Program-made: the position numbers and the translations under genes | Shown: positions 9,138 to 17,820 of the stretch, one piece after another | How the letters are laid out: each line of letters begins with the position of its first letter | Numbering within the stretch: position 1 is the stretch's first letter | DNA from: Gemmatimonadales bacterium | GTDB lineage: Bacteria > Gemmatimonadota > Gemmatimonadetes > Gemmatimonadales > GWC2-71-9 | DNA: 52,078 nt | Direction of reading: 5' to 3' | Assembly (NCBI GenBank): GCA_041613315.1 | Contig: JBFJHJ010000021.1 | Location: 1 to 52,078, forward strand | Notes under the pieces: generated by a model | Databases searched by the model: none | Seen by the model: the letters and a program-made list of their open reading frames with translations, nothing else | What the model was told of the DNA's origin: nothing

Positions 9138-10943
9138 TCATCCTCCCTGCCGAGGAAGGCGAAGCGTGATGTTGGGCTGCTCGACCGTCATCGCCGTGGC
9201 CCGCCGGCCGTCCAGCTCGAACTCCACGAAATAGCCCTCGGGCGCACCGCCGATTCGGAAGCGCCGCTCCGCGAGGGGGATCAGCGTGTAGGTCGGTTGC
9301 CCCGGAACGGTCAGCTTGAGGGAACCCCCCACCAGCTCCACGCGCATCGCGACGGGCGGCGCCTCACTGGCGAACCGGCCGACGTAGCGCCGCAGCTGCT
9401 CCTCGCTCATGGCCACGGCGGCGGTGTCGGCGGCCGGGGCGCGGGTGAAGTCCCCGACGTTCTCCATGGCCAGCTCGGCCGCCCTGCCGCGCTCGTCGAG
9501 GACGAACCGGGCCAACGCCTTGCCGAAGTGCCGCTGTCGCCAGATCGCCCGGAACGTGTCGTAGTGCCAGTGCTCGAGATCACCGACGAAGAAGGTGCCG
9601 TAGCGCAACACCAGCCCGCCCCCTTCGTACTCGACGCGCACGTCCCCATACATGCTGTCGGCATACGTGCCGGCGTACGCCTCCAGAGGCAACGACGGCG
9701 CGGTGCCGCTCACCCTGGCGTCCTCGATCTTCTTTCTCGCTTCCTCCTGCTGTTGTTCGAGGGCCGCCGCCGTTTTGCGGAAGTCCGCGCTCCAGTCCTG
9801 GGACGGCCGCCCCAGCATCATGTCGAACACCCGGTAGAGGACGGCCGTGGGCAGCAGCGAGCCGTTCATGTTGGTCAGGATGACGACGCCGAGGCGCTGG
9901 TCGGGGATCATCGCCACCAGCGCGCTCATCCCGTCGATGTTGCCGCCGTGCTGCACGACCTTGTGCCCCGCGTAGTCCATGAGGAACCAGCCGAGGCCAT
10001 AGGTCAGGAAGTTCGACACCGGGTTGAGCGCCTGCCAAATGCCTTCGGTGCGGATCACCGTGTGCGGCACCTTGGTCTCTCGAATCGCTCCCGTGCTGAC
10101 GAGCCGTTGGCCCGCGACCTCGCCGTCTCCCAGTTGGAGCCGCACCCACTGGGCCATCTCCAACACGTTCGAGTTGATGGAGCCCGCAGGCGCGATGTTG
10201 TCGATGTTGTGCCACGGGACGGTCTCCGCCGTACCCTCGATTTGGGCGTGCGGGGTGGCCACGTTGGGCTGGCCGCTGAGCGCCGTGACCGACGTATTGC
10301 TCCGCGTCATCCCGAGCGGGCGGAAGATCCGTTGAGCCACGAAGTCGTCCCACGACAGCCCGCTCGCCGCTTCCACGATGCGACCCGCGGCGAGGTACAT
10401 GAGGTTCTGGTAGCCGAAGCGGGACCGGAAGCTCCAGCTCGGTTCGAGGAAGCGGACTCGCCGCAGGATGTCGTCGCGGGAGAAGCCGCCGCTGTACCAC
10501 AGGAGGTCCCCGCGGGCGAGCCCGCTACGGTGCGACAGCAGGTCACGCACGCTCAGCTCGCGCGTCACGTAGGGGTCGAACAGCTCGAACCACGGGAGGT
10601 GGGTGGACGCGCGGTCGTCCCACGAGACCTTCCCCTCGTCCACCAGCATCGCCAGGGCGGCGGCGGTGAACGCCTTGGACGCGGAGCCGATCGCGAAGAG
10701 CGTCCGCGCGTCTACGCGTTCGGGCTCCCCGAGCTCGCGGACGCCGTAACCGCTCGCGTGAATGACCGAGTCGTTCTTGATGATCGCGATGGCGAGGCCG
10801 GGCACTTTCCAGGATGGGAGCGCGTCTTCGATGTAGCGGTCGAGGCCGCGCAGCGCGCCCCGCTGCGCGGCGAGGGGGTGCGCCAACCCGACCAGCAGCA
10901 GGCAGGCGAGCGCCCATGAGCGCCCGCGGGATAACCGTCTCAC
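9138..10943 (-). CDS. Secreted serine hydrolase (beta-lactamase/AmpC-like) with DUF3471-like and extra C-terminal domains
   Basis: Signal peptide; SASK (SxxK), YQN and HGG motifs; LLSHRSGL; C-terminal YAGTYADSMYG. Confidence 0.88.
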   Translation of the reverse strand: MRRLSRGRSWALACLLLVGLAHPLAAQRGALRGLDRYIEDALPSWKVPGLAIAIIKNDSVIHASGYGVRELGEPERVDARTLFAIGSASKAFTAAALAMLVDEGKVSWDDRASTHLPWFELFDPYVTRELSVRDLLSHRSGLARGDLLWYSGGFSRDDILRRVRFLEPSWSFRSRFGYQNLMYLAAGRIVEAASGLSWDDFVAQRIFRPLGMTRSNTSVTALSGQPNVATPHAQIEGTAETVPWHNIDNIAPAGSINSNVLEMAQWVRLQLGDGEVAGQRLVSTGAIRETKVPHTVIRTEGIWQALNPVSNFLTYGLGWFLMDYAGHKVVQHGGNIDGMSALVAMIPDQRLGVVILTNMNGSLLPTAVLYRVFDMMLGRPSQDWSADFRKTAAALEQQQEEARKKIEDARVSGTAPSLPLEAYAGTYADSMYGDVRVEYEGGGLVLRYGTFFVGDLEHWHYDTFRAIWRQRHFGKALARFVLDERGRAAELAMENVGDFTRAPAADTAAVAMSEEQLRRYVGRFASEAPPVAMRVELVGGSLKLTVPGQPTYTLIPLAERRFRIGGAPEGYFVEFELDGRRATAMTVEQPNITLRLPRQGG

Positions 10944-10998
10944 GGGAACCGCCTCCAGGAAGATCCGATGACTGCGCTGACGCCGGTGCCGCAGGGGC

Positions 10999-12417
10999 CT
11001 ACGGCCAGATGCCCCGCTCGAGCGTCACCTTCGCGACCCGGCTGATCGCGAGAATGTAGGCCGCCGTCCGCAAGTCCACGAGGTCCAGTGGGTCCCCGTT
11101 CAATCCGCGCTTGCGCCGCTTCGCGTCGAGGCGCTCGCGCGAGGCGTTGATGCGGGTCTGCGTGTCGATCACGGCGTCGGTGGCCCGCTGCATCTTGACG
11201 AGCAGTTTGCGGTTCACCTCGTCCAAATCCCACTGTTCGTTCTCGATATTCTGCACCCACTCAAAGTAGCTGACCGTCACGCCGCCGGCGTTCGCCAGGA
11301 TGTCCGGCAGCACCGGGATGTCCCGGTCGAACAGGATACGGTCGGCGCTGGGCGTCGTGGGCCCGTTCGCCGCCTCGACGACGAGGCGCGTCTGGAGCTG
11401 GGCGGCGTTGTCTCCCCGGATCTGATTCTCCAGCGCCGCCGGGATGAGGATGTCGCACGGAACCGCCAGCAGCCCCTCGTTGTCGACGGGCTGGGTGCCC
11501 GGGAGATTGACGACCGATCCCGTCTTCTGCTTGTGTGCGATCGCGGCGGCGGGATCGATCCCGTCGGGACGGTACACACCGCCCCGGGTGTCGCTCACCG
11601 CCGCCACGATGGCACCGGCCTCGGTGAACAGCTGAGCGGCGACCGAGCCGGCGTTTCCGAATCCCTGAATGGCCACCCTCGCCCCCTTGACCGACGAGAG
11701 ACCGGGGACGATCCCCGCGGCGAGGGCCCGCTCCGTGGCGAAGAGACACCCGCGGGCAGTGGCCTCGCGCCGCCCCAGCGACCCGCCGAGTTCCACCGGC
11801 TTGCCCGTCACGACCCCCAGGTTGTTCTCCCCCGGGTGCATCATGTGGTAGGTGTCGTAGATCCGGGCCATGGTGCCGGCGTTGGTGTTCACGTCCGGCG
11901 CGGGAATGTCGGTGTTCGGCCCGATGGCGTCGCCCAGTTCGGCGATGAAGCGGCGGGTGATCTTGCGGATGTCGCTGGGCGTCAGCTCCTTGGGGTTGCA
12001 GGTGACTCCCCCCTTGGCGCCACCGAACGGGACGTCCACAACAGCACACTTCCACGTCATCCAGAACGCCAGCGCCTTGACCTCGTCGGCCGTCACGTCG
12101 GGGTGGTAGCGAATCCCGCCCTTGCCCGGGCCGCGGACCCGGCTGTGGAGCGCCCGGTACCCCACGAACGTCCGGACGGTGCCGTCGTGCGTCTCGATGG
12201 GGAACTCCACGGTGAGCAAACGCTGGCAGCGCCGGAGGTACTCCGCCAAGCCGTTGTGGATGTTCGGGAGATACCGCGCCGCCCGATCAAACTGCTGTTG
12301 GGCGATGTGGAACGGGTTCAGGTCCTCGGCGGGTGGCGCGGCACGGCTCGGCCGCTTCGGAGCCGGGCGCGGTGGCGCTTGAGCGGGGCGGCCCGCAACG
12401 GCCTTTTTTCGTGTCAT
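10999..12417 (-). CDS. gdhA: Glu/Leu/Phe/Val dehydrogenase (probable glutamate dehydrogenase)
   Basis: PGKGGIRY, MTWK, GGAKGG, DIPAPD, GFGNAG, EAANGP and NAGGVTVSYFEW. Start codon uncertain. Confidence 0.88.
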   Translation of the reverse strand: MTRKKAVAGRPAQAPPRPAPKRPSRAAPPAEDLNPFHIAQQQFDRAARYLPNIHNGLAEYLRRCQRLLTVEFPIETHDGTVRTFVGYRALHSRVRGPGKGGIRYHPDVTADEVKALAFWMTWKCAVVDVPFGGAKGGVTCNPKELTPSDIRKITRRFIAELGDAIGPNTDIPAPDVNTNAGTMARIYDTYHMMHPGENNLGVVTGKPVELGGSLGRREATARGCLFATERALAAGIVPGLSSVKGARVAIQGFGNAGSVAAQLFTEAGAIVAAVSDTRGGVYRPDGIDPAAAIAHKQKTGSVVNLPGTQPVDNEGLLAVPCDILIPAALENQIRGDNAAQLQTRLVVEAANGPTTPSADRILFDRDIPVLPDILANAGGVTVSYFEWVQNIENEQWDLDEVNRKLLVKMQRATDAVIDTQTRINASRERLDAKRRKRGLNGDPLDLVDLRTAAYILAISRVAKVTLERGIWP

Positions 12418-12540
12418 GAGGTGTGTTACGCGTTCTGTGGGCTCTGGGTTTAATGCTAGCAGCTTCCGGGGGCGCCGTCCATACCGCTTCGTGAAGGCAA
12501 CCCCCACCCCACCATGAAGACTCGGACAGCGGGTCGGGGG

Positions 12541-13290
12541 TCACGGCGCGATCGTGCCACGGACGACCAGCGCCACGAGCGACGCGAGGACCACTGGGAT
12601 CGCCGCCGCGGCCACCGCCGCCGCGCGATCGGCCGCCGTGACCGGGAACCGCCCGGTCCCCGCGCGCCGCCGGATGCGCTCCCGCCACGCCACCGCCCCG
12701 GCGACGCCGGCCACGGTGGCCGAGAGATGGAACACATTTCCGAACGCCACGGCAGTGAGGATCGCCGTGCCGCGCACGGCCAGGATCCCCACCATGAACA
12801 CGGGCACGACTACCCACATGATCACCAGGAACCCCTTCGCTCGCTGATAGGCGTCGGTCAGCGGCCGACCGGAGCGCACGACGTGGCGCATGGCGACGAA
12901 GAGGATCGGTGCGTAGGCCCAAAGAAACACCGACGCGCCGTTCGCCTCGATGCCGGTGAGCCGTCGGGCGAGCCAGTAGAGCCCCAGCGCCAGCGCCGTG
13001 ACGGCGAGATAGCGGGCCGCCCCCAGGAGCTTTTCGGCCGCCACGCCGACGAAGCCGATGAGCACGAGGTTGACGAACAGATGGACGAGGAGGGGGAACC
13101 CCGGCCAGCCGTGCATGAACGCCGATGTCCAGACCTGCCAGGGGTAGTGGAGCCGCCCCACCCCGCCCAGCAGGTCGCCGACCTCGGGCCAGGCGAGCGC
13201 CGACAGCGAGGTTACCACCATGCCAGCCGCGAGGGACGCGGTGACGAGCGCACGCCCCGAACGGTCGCGGTCGTAGAGGTCGTCGAGCAC
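12541..13290 (-). CDS. Rhomboid family intramembrane serine protease (divergent)
   Basis: PWQVWTSAFMH, HLFVN, GAS (catalytic Ser) and FHL (catalytic His), with multiple TM helices. GTG start lies 5 nt after the upstream stop. Confidence 0.72.
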   Translation of the reverse strand: MLDDLYDRDRSGRALVTASLAAGMVVTSLSALAWPEVGDLLGGVGRLHYPWQVWTSAFMHGWPGFPLLVHLFVNLVLIGFVGVAAEKLLGAARYLAVTALALGLYWLARRLTGIEANGASVFLWAYAPILFVAMRHVVRSGRPLTDAYQRAKGFLVIMWVVVPVFMVGILAVRGTAILTAVAFGNVFHLSATVAGVAGAVAWRERIRRRAGTGRFPVTAADRAAAVAAAAIPVVLASLVALVVRGTIAP

Positions 13291-13295
13291 GGGAT

Positions 13296-14033
13296 CTACG
13301 CGGCGCGCGCTTCTCCACGCAGCAGCGCCAGCGCTGTCATCAGCCGCCCGAGGATCCAGAAACCGTAGTTCAGGATCGTCCAGAGGACCAACAGGGCGCC
13401 GAGAACCAGGACGACCCGCACCACCGCGGCGAGCGTCCCCAGCATGACATCCAGCTCGGACCGAAGCGTCTCGTACTGGCGGACGGCCCCGGCGAGATAC
13501 TCCCGAAGCGCCGAGAGGCGTTTGATCTCGCCCATCACGGCGGCCATCTCGGCTTGGATGGCGCGCAGGTCGCGGCCGATCGCCCGAAACTGACCGCGTA
13601 CCCGGTCGAACGGCCGCGAGAACACGCTGAAGGCGGCCTTGAGATCGGCCTTCCACGGCAGGCGCCGTGTCTCTGGGACCGGAATCGCATCCACCGCCGC
13701 ATTCACCGAGCCTCGCACGTCACTCACTGCCCTGCTCACCGCGGCCGAGGCGGCGTTGGCGCGGGCCACCATGGCTTCGCCGGCAGCTTTGATATCCGGC
13801 GCCCGTGCGGCAACACTATCGATGACGACCGCAATCGAGTCCCGCGCGGTCGTGGCGCTCTGCACGATGGAATCCACTGCGGCCCGGTAGCGCGCGAGCG
13901 GCCGACGCACCTGGTGCGCCGTCCACGCCGTCCCCACGACCAGCGTGACGACCACCACCCCCGGCAGCAACGTGTTCACGATCAGGACGAGCCCCCGCAA
14001 CCGCCGCTGGCGTTTCGTCATCGCGTTCGTCAT
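13296..14033 (-). CDS. Hypothetical membrane protein (TM - long helical/coiled-coil region - TM)
   Basis: GGAGG RBS before ATG 14033. Hydrophobic segments at both termini flank an Ala-rich heptad-like region. Confidence 0.7.
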   Translation of the reverse strand: MTNAMTKRQRRLRGLVLIVNTLLPGVVVVTLVVGTAWTAHQVRRPLARYRAAVDSIVQSATTARDSIAVVIDSVAARAPDIKAAGEAMVARANAASAAVSRAVSDVRGSVNAAVDAIPVPETRRLPWKADLKAAFSVFSRPFDRVRGQFRAIGRDLRAIQAEMAAVMGEIKRLSALREYLAGAVRQYETLRSELDVMLGTLAAVVRVVLVLGALLVLWTILNYGFWILGRLMTALALLRGEARAA

Positions 14034-14159
14034 GGGATCCCTCCGGGCATGAGATAATGAGCGGCGGTCGGCGCGCTCGCCGGAAGAGAGCACCCACGAT
14101 CGCGCCACGCCAGCGCCGGCGCGTTGCCGGCTCGGCTCCGGCGGCGTTGATTGGTGCGC

Positions 14160-14639
14160 ATGGCCGGTCACGTCGCGCTGACGGAGTCCTACGCCCCGCG
14201 CCCCATTCGTTTTCTGGACCTGTGGGAGGAGGGCGGGTGGCGCCTCAAGGTCTACGGCATCGCCTACCGGGGCGACACCCCGCGTGCCCCGCTGATCGCG
14301 GCCGCGAAGCGCGCGGCGCGCGAACGGCTCCCACTTCCCGCCGTCGCCGCCGACCGATATGGAGTGGGGTTTCTCGGGATCCACGACGGACGGGGCGCCA
14401 ACTTCGTCTTCGTGGATTGGTGGACTCACGAGAACGAGCTGGTCCACCACCTCTACCAGTCCAATGGCGACCGACCGGCCAACCTCGAATACGCCACGCC
14501 GCGCGCCGTGATTGCCTGCGTCTGGGATCTCGAGCTCATGGCCTTCGAGCGCGCGGCGTGGGTCCGCACGGTGCTCGCGAACCCGCGCGGACCCGATCTC
14601 GACGCCTACCTCGCGGCGCGGCTCGACACACGCGTCTAG
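14160..14639 (+). CDS. Conserved hypothetical protein
   Basis: Protein-like composition with WRLKVYGI, GFLGIHDG, DWW.ENEL and CVWDL...FERAAW. I recall this as a conserved family with no isochorismatase motifs. Confidence 0.75.
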   Translation: MAGHVALTESYAPRPIRFLDLWEEGGWRLKVYGIAYRGDTPRAPLIAAAKRAARERLPLPAVAADRYGVGFLGIHDGRGANFVFVDWWTHENELVHHLYQSNGDRPANLEYATPRAVIACVWDLELMAFERAAWVRTVLANPRGPDLDAYLAARLDTRV

Positions 14640-14816
14640 CCGGCCGACGCACCGATTCGGCACACCCTGGCACGACCCGGTGCACGTTCTGCCGGCCCTG
14701 CGATCCGCACAACGCGATGTCCCACAATCGCTTACGACGTTGCCGCCGGGTGGCCCGCGGGTTGCACGGGTTCGCTCCCACTCCGACGCCATCACCCCCC
14801 AAGGGAGGATCCGGCT

Positions 14817-15479
14817 GTGCTCACGAGCGCGCTCCCGACCACCGTGGAAGCGATCCTCTGCCCCCGCGACGCGCTGTTCGCGAACGCGATCTACCTGCTG
14901 ACTGAGATCCTCCAAGCCAAGGATCCTGAAGCCAAGAGCCACGCCGCCCGCGTGACGGCGTACGCGAGCGCGATCGCCCGCGAGCTGGGGTTCTCGGCGG
15001 CGGAACTGGAGGCGTTACGCGTGGGGGCGGAGCTGCACGACATCGGGAAGGTGGGGGTCCCCGAGGAGCTGCTCCGTCGGCCGGGGCCGCTCGCCCCGGC
15101 GGAGTACCGCCGCGTCCTGGAACACACCGTGATCGGCGAAGCGATGCTGCGGCCCGTCCTGCGCGATCATCCGACCGCGCTCGCCGTGGTACGCTGGCAC
15201 CACGAGCGGCTGGACGGGGGGGGCTTCCCCGACGGGCTCCGCGGCGACGCGATCCCGCTTGCGGCGCGGATCGTCTGCGCGGCCGACGCCTTTGACGCGA
15301 TGACGTGCGAGCGTCCGTATCGTGCGCCGCTCAGTTGGGCGGGCGCGATGCGCGAGCTCGAGCGTGCCGCCGGGTCGCAATTCGACGCGGACTGCGTCGA
15401 AGCGCTGCTCAACTGGAACCTGCGGGCGGACCCGACTCGCCAGCGCGGGCTCAGGATCCACCGCGCCTGCGACGGCTAG
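14817..15479 (+). CDS. Stand-alone HD-GYP domain phosphodiesterase
   Basis: GGGAGG RBS; LHDIGK, HHERLDGGGFPDGL and ADAFDAMT..RPYR. Confidence 0.88.
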   Translation: MLTSALPTTVEAILCPRDALFANAIYLLTEILQAKDPEAKSHAARVTAYASAIARELGFSAAELEALRVGAELHDIGKVGVPEELLRRPGPLAPAEYRRVLEHTVIGEAMLRPVLRDHPTALAVVRWHHERLDGGGFPDGLRGDAIPLAARIVCAADAFDAMTCERPYRAPLSWAGAMRELERAAGSQFDADCVEALLNWNLRADPTRQRGLRIHRACDG

Positions 15480-16111
15480 CGACCCGAGAGGTCGACCTCT
15501 CGCATGAGCAGCCCCGTCGTGCTCACCCGCACTTCGAAGCGTGCCGGCCGGTTCGCCAGGATGAACGTGGCCGACCCGTACTCCGCGTCCACCAGCGGCC
15601 GGAAGATTGCGAATCGGCGGCGCAGATCGAACATGTCCACCGGTTTGGGCTCGGCGACGGAGAACACCGTGCGTGGGCGGCCCTGTTCGTCCTGGAGCCG
15701 CGCGTAGCGGCCCCCGACGCGATCCAGCTCGTAGGCGGTGTGCAGGCCCAGCACGTTGGCGATGGGTTTCCACTTGAGGATGTGGGCGTCCACGTAGAGC
15801 TCGTCACCGGCCAGGTCGAAGGTGCGCTCCTGCCCATCGTCGAACCGGAACGTCGCCGTGAACGCCTGCACGCCCGCCGGCTGGGTTTCCACGACCGCCG
15901 CCACGATCTCCCGCGTCAGGGCCTGGTACCCCTGGGTGGCGACGGCGATCGTGGCGCACAGCGCCCCGGCGGTGAGCAGCAGCACGGCAAGGGTGAGGCT
16001 GGCGAGCACGCCGAACAGGCGTTTCCGCTTGAGAGCAACGAAGCCGGCGACGAAGAAGCCGACGGCCAGGAGCGCGAACAGCAGCGCGATCCACACGAGA
16101 GGTCCGGGCAT
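15476..16111 (-). CDS. Hypothetical membrane-anchored protein (two N-terminal TM helices)
   Basis: Two hydrophobic helices, then a soluble domain containing GDELYVDAHILKWK, YELDRVGGRY and DAEYGSATF. Confidence 0.72.
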   Translation of the reverse strand: MPGPLVWIALLFALLAVGFFVAGFVALKRKRLFGVLASLTLAVLLLTAGALCATIAVATQGYQALTREIVAAVVETQPAGVQAFTATFRFDDGQERTFDLAGDELYVDAHILKWKPIANVLGLHTAYELDRVGGRYARLQDEQGRPRTVFSVAEPKPVDMFDLRRRFAIFRPLVDAEYGSATFILANRPARFEVRVSTTGLLMREVDLSGR

Positions 16112-16182
16112 GGACACAAAGTAGACGGTGGGCCGCGGACGCGAAACTGCAGCGAGCGAGGCGAGGGATGGCCCGCGTCGCC

Positions 16183-17214
16183 TTACGGAGCGTCCGGGAG
16201 GTCGGGCCCCTCGGCGCGCGACGGGACCCCGCGCGGCTCGCCGTCGCCGACGCCACGGATGCGGGCGAAGCGGTCGCGGATGCCCCCGAGCTGCCGGCCG
16301 GACTCCTCGTACTGTTTGACGGCATTGTCCAGGTGGCGGCCCACGAGATCATGCGCCCGCTCGAACCGGGCGAACTGCTGCCTGAGCCCACCGAGGGCGT
16401 CCAGAATCTCCCGGGCACGCTCCTCGACCTCAAGGCCGCGGAGCCCGTGCAGGAGGGCGGCGAGATAGGCGTAGAATGTATGGGGTGAGACGGCGATCAC
16501 CCGCCGCGACAGTGCGTACGCGGCGACGCTGGCGCCGTCCTCCAGGTCTTCCCCCCGAACGAGTCCCTCGTAGTACACGTTCTCCGCGGGCACATACATC
16601 AACGCGAAGTCGTAGGTGCCCTCATCGGGGCGGATGTACTTCTCGGCGATCTCATCGATCCGCTCTCGCAGGGTTCGCCGGAACGCGCGGCGCTCCCGCT
16701 CGCACTCGTCGCCCGTGGCCGCCAGCATCCGCTGGCACGCCTCCAGCGGGAACTTGGCGTCTACGGGCACGAGCCGCCCCCCGACCTTGAGCACGGCGTC
16801 CACGGTCTCCCCGGAGCGAAAGGCGTGCTGCGTCTCGTACAGGGCGGCCGGGAATACCTGGCGGAGCAGCTCCTCGAGCCACAGCTCGCCCAGTGTTCCC
16901 CGGAGCCGCGGGACGCGCAGGAGCTCGCGTACCTCGGCGACCGACCGCCCCACGTGCTCCAACCGCCGCGTGGCTTCGGCCAGCCGGCCCAGCTTCTCGC
17001 GCACATCGGCCAGGGCATGGGCCTGCTCCGCGGACCCCTCGGCCAGGGTTTGAGGCAGCGCCCGCTGGCTCGCCAGCAGGGCATCGAGCCGGCCACGCAG
17101 TTCGATGAGCTGCTGTTGGAACACCGTCGCGCTTCCGCCCCGGCGACCCCAGACGACCAGGGCGATGAGGACGAGGAGCAGCGCGACCGCGGCGGCCGAC
17201 AGCGTAGTGGCCAT
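16183..17214 (-). CDS. rmuC: DNA recombination protein RmuC
   Basis: N-terminal TM and coiled coil; RG.LGE..LE, VDAKFP, KYI.P..T.DFALMYVP.E and SP.T motifs. Confidence 0.9.
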   Translation of the reverse strand: MATTLSAAAVALLLVLIALVVWGRRGGSATVFQQQLIELRGRLDALLASQRALPQTLAEGSAEQAHALADVREKLGRLAEATRRLEHVGRSVAEVRELLRVPRLRGTLGELWLEELLRQVFPAALYETQHAFRSGETVDAVLKVGGRLVPVDAKFPLEACQRMLAATGDECERERRAFRRTLRERIDEIAEKYIRPDEGTYDFALMYVPAENVYYEGLVRGEDLEDGASVAAYALSRRVIAVSPHTFYAYLAALLHGLRGLEVEERAREILDALGGLRQQFARFERAHDLVGRHLDNAVKQYEESGRQLGGIRDRFARIRGVGDGEPRGVPSRAEGPDLPDAP

Positions 17215-17297
17215 GGGACAAAGATAGGGAGGTCGGGCGAGCGCGGGGCCGACCGGGGGCGAGAGGTCGGCGCGGCCGTGGCGCGGCCTCGCCCGAC

Positions 17298-17326
17298 TTG
17301 ACACCGCGGCGCCACCTGGGCAGCGT
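17298..17326 (+). promoter_or_regulatory. Putative sigma70 promoter for iorAB
   Basis: TTGACA (17298-17303), 17-bp spacer, CAGCGT. Confidence 0.45.
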
Positions 17327-17355
17327 CAGAGGGACCCACCGTGGAGCAACTCCCG

Positions 17356-17820
17356 ATGCCCGCGTATACGCTCTCCGTCAACGGCCGGCGCCAGAGGGTG
17401 ACCGCGCCGGCCGACATGCCGCTGCTCTGGGTCGTGCGCGACCTCTTGGGGCTCACCGGCACCAAGTTCGGGTGCGGCATCGGCCAGTGCCGGTCCTGCA
17501 CCGTCCATATGAACGGCAGCGCCGTCTTCTCCTGCCAGATCCCGGTCGCATCGGCCGAAGGTCAAGAGATCACGACGATCGAGGGGCTGTCGCCCGACAG
17601 CTCGCACCCGTTGCAGCGGGCGTGGATCGGCGAGGACGTGCCGCAGTGCGGATACTGCCAGTCGGGGCAGCTGATGTCGGCCGCCTCGCTCCTCGCGCAG
17701 AACCCGACGCCGAGCGACGCGGACATCGACCGCGCGATGGCGAACAACATCTGCCGCTGTGGCACCTACAACCGCATCCGGCGGGCAATCCACCGGGCGG
17801 CGAAGGAGATGGCCGGATGA
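17356..17820 (+). CDS. iorA: Isoquinoline 1-oxidoreductase alpha-like [2Fe-2S] subunit
   Basis: [32 protein letters not shown] and NICRCGTY. Confidence 0.92.
   Translation: MPAYTLSVNGRRQRVTAPADMPLLWVVRDLLGLTGTKFGCGIGQCRSCTVHMNGSAVFSCQIPVASAEGQEITTIEGLSPDSSHPLQRAWIGEDVPQCGYCQSGQLMSAASLLAQNPTPSDADIDRAMANNICRCGTYNRIRRAIHRAAKEMAG

Noticed and set aside
8898..10919. Long antisense and alternate-frame ORFs (for example 8898-10919 +, 5430-7457 +, 18003-19985 -, 29505-31250 -, 37549-39324 +)
   Set aside because: These are shadow ORFs typical of high-GC DNA. They are Arg/Pro/Gly-rich, have no motifs, and lie opposite well-supported genes.
9138..10943. Beta-lactam resistance call for the two SxxK serine hydrolases
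   Set aside because: They carry HGG/HSG in place of the KTG triad, which fits peptidase/esterase-type members. Resistance cannot be inferred.
14034..14942. N-terminal extension of ORF 13296-14942
   Set aside because: It is antisense to two real genes, and a good RBS supports ATG 14033.
16183..17214. rmuC as a sign of a mobile element or defence island
   Set aside because: It is a common chromosomal gene, and no integrase, transposase, att sites or defence genes are nearby.
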